In this document: one piece after another, positions 52,116 to 64,000 of the stretch | How positions within the stretch are numbered: position 1 is the stretch's first letter | Layout of the letters: each line of letters begins with the position of its first letter | NCBI RefSeq assembly: GCF_009914755.1 | Contig: NC_060933.1 | Source of the DNA: the human T2T-CHM13v2.0 reference genome, Homo sapiens | Direction: 5' to 3' (one strand) | Length of the DNA stretch: 64,000 nt | Notes under the pieces: generated by a model | Database searches by the model: none | Seen by the model: only the letters and a program-made list of their open reading frames with translations | What the model was told of the DNA's origin: nothing | Program-made: the position numbers and the translations under genes

Positions 52116-53779
52116 CCCCCACATTAATGCTTTCTGGTTTTTCTATTGCTCTGTCCGAGATGGAGACAAAAGATTTTTGAGGACTGGATGACTTAAAGGA
52201 GAAATGCTGCATTTCCTAAAATGAGGGCATTGTACTGCCTTTTCTGTCCCACTATTAGCATCTGAGCCTTCAAACAAAAACGCAGGCAAACAAAAGCCAA
52301 GGGAACCAGGGCAACCATCTCCCAAGGGTTAAAACTAGATCAAAATCAAATGGCACACTTCACCATGTCTTCTGCATGACTGATACTGCAATCGATCTGC
52401 AGCGGTTCATTTTCTCTCTGGAATCTCTGCCTACTGAGAACAAATACAAACACATGTGGAACCAATAGGAAGCAGACTAAGGGCTTTAAGAGTTCTGCGC
52501 CAACCTGTGTCAGAGAGCTCTCACTTAGCAGATGGGGCAATTAATAAAAGAGTCAAACGGTCCAACTGTGTCAAGGTGCCTTAAGTGCTAACAATCCCCT
52601 TTTGTCTTCCCACTGTAGAGTACAGATGGATTCCAATTCAGAATAAGAACTGTATTGTGCCGTAGTTTACTCTTGTACAGTGTCCCTGTATTAACAGAGG
52701 CCAGGTGTCCTATGTCTCCCATTTTAAAGACAAACATGATACTGATTTATCCCCCTGCCAGCATTTTAAGTGCTGACATGACCACTAATCTGGGGGAAAT
52801 TAAAATTTATAAGTAAATTAGCCTTTCAAAAATATCTGAAAAGGAAGGATTTGCCATCAAAGTATTGCCAGTTTGTGTACAAGCCTTGCTGCTCATTGAT
52901 TCTAATCACAAATATATGATTCTTGCCCTTCAGCCGACAGCTTGGGTTTATTGAAGTCACTCAAGACTGAGCATCCCGCAGGTGCTACTTTATTTTTTTA
53001 AGATCTAGAAAATGAAAGGTCAGGGTCAGAAGTGGTTGCAGGAGTCAGAAGTGGTTGCACATGGTTCTTTTTTTTCGAATATGAGCCTTAGTGTTCTGGT
53101 GAATTTTCAGCTCACTGAATTGCATTCTGCCTCAGCCCCTCACCCCGTCTTCATTGGCTCCCTAAGCTACTGCAGCCACAGACAGTAACCAGTGATCTTC
53201 CTCTCTGAACCAGGCCCAGAATAGTGGAAATGTGTCTGCCACTCCCAAGCCAGCTGCATGAAACTGAGAATGTGCTTCACTGCCCAAACTGAATGCCAAC
53301 CCCGAGAGACCTGGCGTGCGCTAGTTTAAATGGGCAATCCCTCATAATTCTTTTCCCATAGACATCAAAATACCACGAGGAAAAGAGCACATTAGATGTT
53401 CCATTGTGTCCTCTTTAACTCTCCACCTTTGTGATATATGAGATAGACTCCAGGAGGCCATGGGCTGTGCAGGGGCCTTCTCTTGGAATTTCCCCTTCAA
53501 TCATCGTTCAGTGAAATCTGCATCTGGAACAGGCAGATAAAAAGCAAGCTCATCTACTCACTTACATAAGTCATCAGAGGCTGTAGAAAGCTCACGTAGA
53601 TGTTTGTTGTTGTTACTGCTGTTGTAATGTTAGGGGTGGTTTTCCCATGTGGGCTGAGGGTCAAGCAATGATTTACTTTGCTAAAATAAAAATCAGAAAT
53701 TTAATTAAATTCAACAAACATTTCTTGGGCTCTAACTCTAGCTGGTTCCAAACTTCAGTTTCAAGACCTATTCAGAGTA

Positions 53780-53960
53780 AGTTAAGCTTTTAAGCTGAAG
53801 GGAAACTTCTAGATTATTTTGTCAAATGTCCTAATTTAGAAGTAAATTCCAGAGAAGCCAAGCAATTTGAGAAAAGTCATAAATCTAGAGGCAGAGCCAA
53901 GGCTGAGCCGAGCACAGTCTGTTGACTGGACCCAAATGACTCCAACACTCTTTCTTCTAC
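53780..53960 (-). mobile_element. MIR SINE
   Basis: CCAGAGAAGCCAAGCAATTTGAGAAAAGTCATAAATCTAGAGGCAGAGCCAAG. Confidence 0.55.
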
Positions 53961-55006
53961 ACACCCGCATATGTTAGGTTGATGCAAAAATAATTGCGGT
54001 TTCAGGCCTTGAATTTTAAATCATTATAACTAGGCTCAAATACAACTTTGAATTGAAATAGGAACAATTACAGTCAACACATTTTTGCCAACAAGAAATA
54101 GGTTTATTTCTGCAGCATAAAAATCCATGCTTTGGGATTGGATGAACTCTTAGAAAGCATTTTTTGCATCCTGCTGGTTGCAAAAGTGTTTTCTCTGCAA
54201 AAAGTTGTCGAGATGCTTGAAGAAGTGGTAGATGGTTGGGGAGAGGTCGGGTGAATTTGGTCCCTTCAATTTGGTTGAAGCAAAACTTCATAGCCCAATT
54301 CATTACACTTTTGAAGCCTTGGTTGTACGACGTGTGGTCAGGCATTGTTGTGGAGAAGAATTGGGCCTTTTCTGTTGACCAATGCCAGGTGCAGGCACTG
54401 CAGTTTTTGGTGCATCTCATCAATTTGCTGAGCATACGTCTCAGATGTAATGGTTTTGTCAAGATTCAGAAAGCTGTAGTGGATGAGACCAACAGCAGAC
54501 CACCAAACAGTGACCATGACCTTTTTTTTTTTGGTGCAAGTTTGGCTGTGACAAGTGCTTTGGAGCTTCTTCTCAGTCCAACTGCTGAGCTGCTCATCAC
54601 CGGTTGTTGTATAAAATCCACTTTTTGTCGCATGTCACAATCCAATCGAGAAATGGTTCATTGTTCTTCCATAGAATAGGAGAAGATGACAGTTCAAAAT
54701 GATGAATTTTTTTTAATCTTCATTCAGCTCACAAGGCACCCATTTATCAAGTTTTTTCACCTTCCCAATTTGCTTCAAGTGCTGCGTGACTGTAGAATGG
54801 CTGACGTTGAGTTCTTCAGCAACTTCTCATGTAGTTGCAAGAAGATCAGCTTCGACAGCTTTGAAGAGAGTAGTGGTTCTCCCAGCACACAGCTTGAGAT
54901 CTGAGAATGGGCAGACTGCCTCCTCAAGTGGGTTCCTGACCCCCGAGTAGCCTAACTGGGAGGCAACCCCCACTATGGGCAGACTGACACCTCACACGGC
55001 CGGGTA

Positions 55007-55135
55007 CTCCTCTGAGACAAAACTTCCAGAGGAACGATCAGGCAGCAGCATTTGCGGTTCACCAATATTCGCTGTTCTGCAGCCACTGTTGCTGATACCC
55101 AGGCAAACAGGGTCTGGAGTGGACCTCCAGTAAAC
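55007..55135 (+). promoter_or_regulatory. 129-bp L1 5' UTR segment containing the ZNF93 binding region (deleted in later L1PA3 to L1HS)
   Basis: The sequence between CGGGTA and TCCAACAGACCTGCAGC, absent from L1HS, is present here; the core CTGCAGCCACTGTTGCTG appears mutated. Confidence 0.65.
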
Positions 55136-55263
55136 TCCAACAGACCTGCAGCTCAGGGTCCTGACTGTTAGAAGGAAAACTAACAAACAGAAAGGACATC
55201 CACACCAAAAACCCATCTGTACGTCACCATCATCAAAGACCAAACGTAGATTAAATCACAAAG

Positions 55264-56277
55264 ATGGGGAAAACACAGAGCAGAAAAACTGGAAAATCTA
55301 AAAATCACAGTGCCTCTCCTCCTCCAAAGGAAAGCAGCTCCTCACCAGCAACGGAACAAAGCTGGATGGAGAATGACTTTGACAAGTTGAGAGAGGAAGG
55401 CCTCAGAAGATCAAACTACTCCAAGCTAAAGGAGGAAGTTTGAACCAATGGCAAAGAAGTTAAAAACTTGGAAAAAAAAATTAGATGAATGGCTAACTAG
55501 AATAACCAATGCAGAGAAGCCCTTAAACAACCTGATGGAGCTGAAAACCACGGCACAAGAACTATGTGATGAATGCACAAGCCTCAGTAGCCGATGCGAT
55601 CAACTGGAAGAAAGGGTATCAGCGATGGAAGACGAAATGAATGAAATGAAGCGTGAAGAGAAGTTTAGAGAAAAAAGAATAAAAAGAAATGAACAAAGCC
55701 TCCAAGAAATATGGGACTATGTGAAAAGACCAAATCTACATCTGATTGGTGTACCTGAAAGTGACAGGGAGAATGGAACCGAGTTGGAAAACACTCTGCA
55801 GGATATTATCCAGGAGAACTTCCCCAATCTAGCAAGGCAGGCCAACATTCAAATTCAGGAAATACAGAGAACGCCACAAAGATACTCCTCGAGAAGAGCA
55901 ACTCCAAGACACATAATTGTCAGATTCACCAAAGTTGAAACGAAGGAAAAAATGTTAAGAGCAGCCAGAGAAAAAGGTCAGGTTACCCACAAAGGGAAGC
56001 CCATTAGACTAACAGCTGATCTCTCCGCAGAAACTCTGCAAGCCAGAAGAGAGTGGGGGCCAATATTCAACATTCTTAAAAGAATTTTCAACCCAGAATT
56101 TCATATCCAGCCAAACTAAGCTTCATAAGTGAAGGAGAAATAAAATCCTTTACAGACAAGCAAATGCTGAGAGATTTTGTCACCACCAGGCCTGCCCTAA
56201 AAGAGCTCCTGAAGGAAGCACTAAACATGGAAAGGAACAACCGCTACCAGCAACTGCAAAAACATGCCAAATTGTAA
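55264..56277 (+). pseudogene. L1 ORF1p, disrupted
   Basis: ATGGGGAAA at 55264; in-frame TGA at 55441; frameshifts; ORF 55448-56119 has QSLQEIWDYVKRPNL and RATPRHIIVRF. Confidence 0.9.
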
Positions 56278-56340
56278 AGACCATCAAGGCTAGGAAGAAA
56301 CTGCATCAACTAACGAGCAAAATAACCAGCTAACATCATA

Positions 56341-60283
<3,943 letters not shown>

Positions 60284-60504
60284 TGACGAGTTAATGGGTG
60301 CAGCACACCAACATGGCACATGTATACATATGTAACAAACCTGCACGTTGTACACATGTACCCTAAAACTTAAAGTGTAATAATAATAAAAAAAATAAAA
60401 AGAAGATCAGCTTCGATGATTGCTCTCAAATGGTCGTTGTCAACTTCAGATGGCCAGCCACCATGCTACTCATCTTCAAGGCTCTTGTCTCCTTTGCAAA
60501 ACTT

Positions 60505-60806
60505 TTGTTTGTTTGTTTGTTTTTGAGACAGAGTCTTGCTCTGTCACCCAGGCCTGATTGCAGTGGCCTGATCTTGGCTCACTGCAACCTCCGCCTCCTG
60601 GGTTCAAATGATTCTCTTGCCTCAGACTCCCAAGAAGCTGGGATTGCAGGTGCACACAATCATGCCCAGCTAATTTTTGCATTTTTATTAAAGATGGGTT
60701 TTTGCCATGTTGGCCAGGCTGGTCTTGAACTCCTGGCCCCAAGTGATCCACCCACCTCAGCCTCCCAAAATGCTGGGATTACAGGTGTGAGACACCATGC
60801 CCAACC
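60505..60806 (-). mobile_element. Alu (S/J-type) inserted in Hsmar1
   Basis: Antisense dimer; TSD TCCTTTGCAAAACTT (60490-60504) / TCCTTTACAAAACTT (60807-60821). Confidence 0.93.
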
Positions 60807-61599
60807 TCCTTTACAAAACTTCTTGAACCACCACTGCATTGTACATTCGTTAGCAGCTCCTGGGCTAAATGCATTGTTGATGTTGTCAGTTGTCTTCACT
60901 GATTTACTACCCATTTTGAACTCAAATAAGAAAATTTCTCAAATTTGCTTTCTGTCTAATATCATTGCCATAGTCTAAAATAAACATAAAATAAACAGCA
61001 AGTAATAATCAGCAAGAAAAATATAACAAAAAATGCCCATTAAAATGATGTATAACATAACCACATTTATTTAAGAATGTATTCCAATGTCAAATGGAAA
61101 CTTCCAACAATGCAAAAAACACAATTACTATTGCAGTCAATATTACCAGATGGCGTTCTACTTTTTGTAACACACAAAGTCTCATCCTGAGGCCCTGTCC
61201 CTGCATTTTTGGGAGTGGGAAGGCAGAGACTACTCTGATAATTCTTCTTTCAAGGAAAGGTTGAGAACAACTCACCCATAGTTTTTTTGGAAGGAACAGC
61301 ATTCATTTTTTCCCTGAGATCTTTTCCCTTTGTGAGGAGAAAACAGGGATCAGAAACATTGCCCATTTTCAAACTAGAGATCACATCTGTTATGGAAGAT
61401 ACTGTGACAAAACAGCATTTCCACACAAAAAGTCATATTGTTGCTTGGCTGGCCTCACAATAATATTCTGTCGTATAAATGATTCACTATTTAATTCCTG
61501 CCCTACTCAATGGCTCCCCACAATTTTCAAAAGAATATTTCAACATCCTAGCTTAGCATTGTTTATACATGAAGTGAGTCCTGCTTTCTACCTTAGCCT

Positions 61600-62035
61600 C
61601 CTCTGCTTGGCTGGAAGTGTTGCCCATCAAAATCTGTTCTCCTTCTTCTATAATAACAGAGTTGAGGCTAGGGGCATAAGTTAGAGACTGTATTTTCTAA
61701 TATCCTCTATATCTAGGACTAAGTTATCCCAATGTGAGCCAAAAGGGTGAGCTTTAGAGCAATGGACATTTTCTCCTCCTATGATCTTTTCCTTTTCCCA
61801 TAGGTGGGAACATAATGGGAAAACTTCAATCAATCAAATGAGGTAACACTCAAGGAAGAAGCCGATCAATGAGGAAAAAGGAGCCTGGGTTCTTGAATGA
61901 CCTCATGGAGCAGAGTTGCTTGTGAGCCTAAACCATCTGGACTGTTGCATCGGAGAGAAATGGCATTCTCTCTTATGAAAGCTGTTTAATGCTTAGGTCT
62001 CTTTGATACACTAGCTTAGGCTTTGCCCCAACTCA
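61600..62035 (+). mobile_element. Old MLT1 (I/J-type) LTR
   Basis: AGACTGTATTTTCTAATATCCTCT...GGAGCCTGGGTTCTTGAATGACCTCATGGAGCAGAG...TCTCTTTGATACACTAGCTTAG. Confidence 0.6.
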
Positions 62036-62047
62036 CACATACCCTTT

Positions 62048-62476
62048 TGTCATAGGTGGGGTTCCCTAGCAATCAGTCTCTGAGACTTTGATACATATGC
62101 ATGCAGGTGGTTTAGTAGCGAGTGCCCTCCTTAGTATCATGGATAAGGACAGTAGGATTTGGCAGAGGGAGAATGTAAACCACTTGAAGTGGTAACAGAG
62201 GCCACAGATGACCCTAGAGGAAGTTTTAGATTTGAAATGGCCCTTCAGATTTGTTGAGGCAAGAAGGCCAGATAGTCATACCTCCGTAGTGACCAGTCAT
62301 TATATACAGATGGCCTTGGCGAGGAGAGGAAATATGAGTGAGGACGCTGTCTTTGGCTAAGAGAAATACCTAACTAGGGGCTCAGTTGAGAGCCTAGAGC
62401 CATCAATATATCCAGTAGTTAGGGATGAGTTCCTCAGCCCAAAAGGGGATCTTGGTGACACACCACAGCACCACAG
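62048..62476 (-). mobile_element. LTR16C-type ERVL LTR
   Basis: GGATTTGGCAGAGGGAGAATGTAAAC...TAACAGAGGCCACAG...ATGGCCCTTCAGA...GACCAGTCATT...GGGGATCTTGGTGACACACCACAGCACCACA. Confidence 0.75.
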
Positions 62477-64000
62477 CCACTTCAGTTTACATCTTGAACT
62501 CCTCAGATCCACTTGATTCATATAATAATACATTCTTGAAACAGCAAATTGTGGATTCTGGTTGGCCTCTTTCCTCAAGGAAACACAAACTTCAGCCCCC
62601 ACACTGCTGCTGGTGTCAGTGGTTGAAACCGGTTCACATCATTCCCTCCTCTATCACCTTTTCCAAATTCCTCTCACTCTCTGCAAACACCTCTGTCGAT
62701 CTCCATCGCTTCCATAGTGGGATGACTCAGAACTTCAATCCTAAAAGATCCAAGCCCTGGTCTCCAGGCTGTCGTTAGGCTTTTGCTGTAGTACTTGTCC
62801 CTTGGCAGGGGAGTACCAAGAAATAGGCTTTTGCTGTAGTACTTGTCCCTTGGCAGGGGAGTACCAAGAAATAGGCTTTTGCTGTAGTACTTGTCCCTTG
62901 GCAGGGGAGTACCAAGAAATAGGCTTTTGCTGTAGTACTTGTCCCTTGGCAGGGGAGTACCAAGAAATAGGCTTTTGCTGTAGTACTTGTCCCTTGGCAG
63001 GGGAGTACCAAGAAATGCTCCATGGATTACGTGGGTGCAAAACATACAGTTTTCTTCACCCCTAAAGTAACAGCAGCCCTACCTCCACCTGATGATCAGG
63101 GTCAAGTATCCATGGCAGAATGGTGACTCCTTTTTTGCCTACTGGTTTGTTGGCATAATCAAGCCTAAGTGACCAGATGGCAATTCTTGCCTAATAATGG
63201 AACTTTTGTTATATCCTCCAGCGAAAGTGCTGGTTCTTGAAAACCAGAAATTGTAAACACACTGATCACAGAGTTGTGCAGGGAGAAAATGCAAATTTCC
63301 CAAGTGGGTCACTAAGAGTGACAGTAAGAGAATTCCCTTCCGCTTCTACTCTTCTGTTCCTGGACCAATGTATTCTTTCTATTGTGAACAAAACATTAAA
63401 TCATCATTGATGTAGAGTAGATACCACATCGTATAGGATGGGGCCACATTCTCATGAGGTATCATCTCCAAATTGGTGCCCACTTCGACTAAGCCAATCA
63501 ATAAGTTGATTAGGTTGGCAACTTCTGGGGTTGGTGGCAGGATCAATGGATTCCATGGCCATATGCCCACTACAACACTTCCTTTGCCAAAAAAAAGCCC
63601 TTGGTATTATACAGGATTCTTTGTTGGTGTACCATATACCCTAATGATGACAAAGACCTTGCATAAGTCAAATTCATACACAAATATACAAAAATAAGTG
63701 ATGATTCCAATCAACATGAATAGTTGCTTCTCCCGGGGTGGAAGAGTTCTAATGTAATCAACTTGCCACCACTCAGTAACTGATCTACATAAGGGAAGGA
63801 ACTATGTCAGCAGCTGAGCATTGATTGGGGTTGCTGACACATTAGAGATTAGCCAACAAAAGTAGCTAGGTCAGCCTTGGTGAGTAAGAGTCCATGATAT
63901 TGGATCCATGAAAAGCCTCTTCCTTGCCATCATAACTACTCCATTATGCCAGCACTGAGTGGCTGAAGAGAGAGCTAGCTAATGTCAACTGCTGAAATCC
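62477..64000 (-). mobile_element. Decayed ERVL/HERV16-type internal region (integrase / dUTPase remnants), running off the window
   Basis: Adjacent to the LTR; minus-strand peptides HFLVLPC and GIWPWNPLILPPT resemble ERVL pol 3' remnants. Confidence 0.65.
62776..63015. repeat. Minisatellite, 5 perfect copies of a 48-bp unit
   Basis: TAGGCTTTTGCTGTAGTACTTGTCCCTTGGCAGGGGAGTACCAAGAAA starting at 62776, 62824, 62872, 62920 and 62968. Confidence 0.98.

Noticed and set aside
54856-55263. L1 antisense promoter/ORF0 driving the Hsmar1 catalytic half
   Set aside because: The 5' truncation removes roughly the first 600 nt of the UTR, including the sense and antisense promoter regions, and the transposase half is frameshifted
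62790-62822. Resemblance of the 48-bp unit (TACTT..CCTTGGCAGGGGAGTACCA) to the U1 snRNA 5' end
   Set aside because: The alignment needs several gaps, no further U1 sequence follows, and the segment reads as the ERVL HFLVLPC remnant on the minus strand, so it is probably coincidental
62776-63015. CRISPR-like array of hairpin repeats
   Set aside because: Units are contiguous with no spacers, there are no cas genes, and the context is primate DNA

Overview
Primate (most likely human) intergenic DNA, AT-rich and repeat-dense, with no intact protein-coding gene I can support. The main elements are: (1) a processed PES1 (pescadillo) pseudogene at 45573-47798 with poly(A) and TSD, inserted in an MLT1J-type LTR; (2) a full-length Hsmar1 mariner on the minus strand (53974-61145), split by a 5.5-kb L1PA4-type LINE-1 (17-bp TSD) and an Alu (15-bp TSD); (3) a composite minus-strand L1 with two poly(A) tails at 44109-45288; (4) an LTR16C/ERVL remnant carrying a perfect 5 x 48-bp tandem repeat; and (5) many Alu, MIR, L2, MLT1, HAL1 and MER elements. 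The less expected structures are a ~190-bp ancient palindrome with ~31-bp-phased CATCTGGATG-like E-box motifs (1813-2001), a tandem duplication whose junction is a perfect 13-bp fold-back (29464-29765), a 19-bp perfect pre-miRNA-sized hairpin (50245-50297), telomeric repeats inside an AT microsatellite (17693-17716) and a 304-codon BRCT-containing ORF retained in the PES1 pseudogene. I found no evidence of a new multi-gene system. Repeat family names come from recalled consensus sequences, and boundaries of old repeats are approximate.
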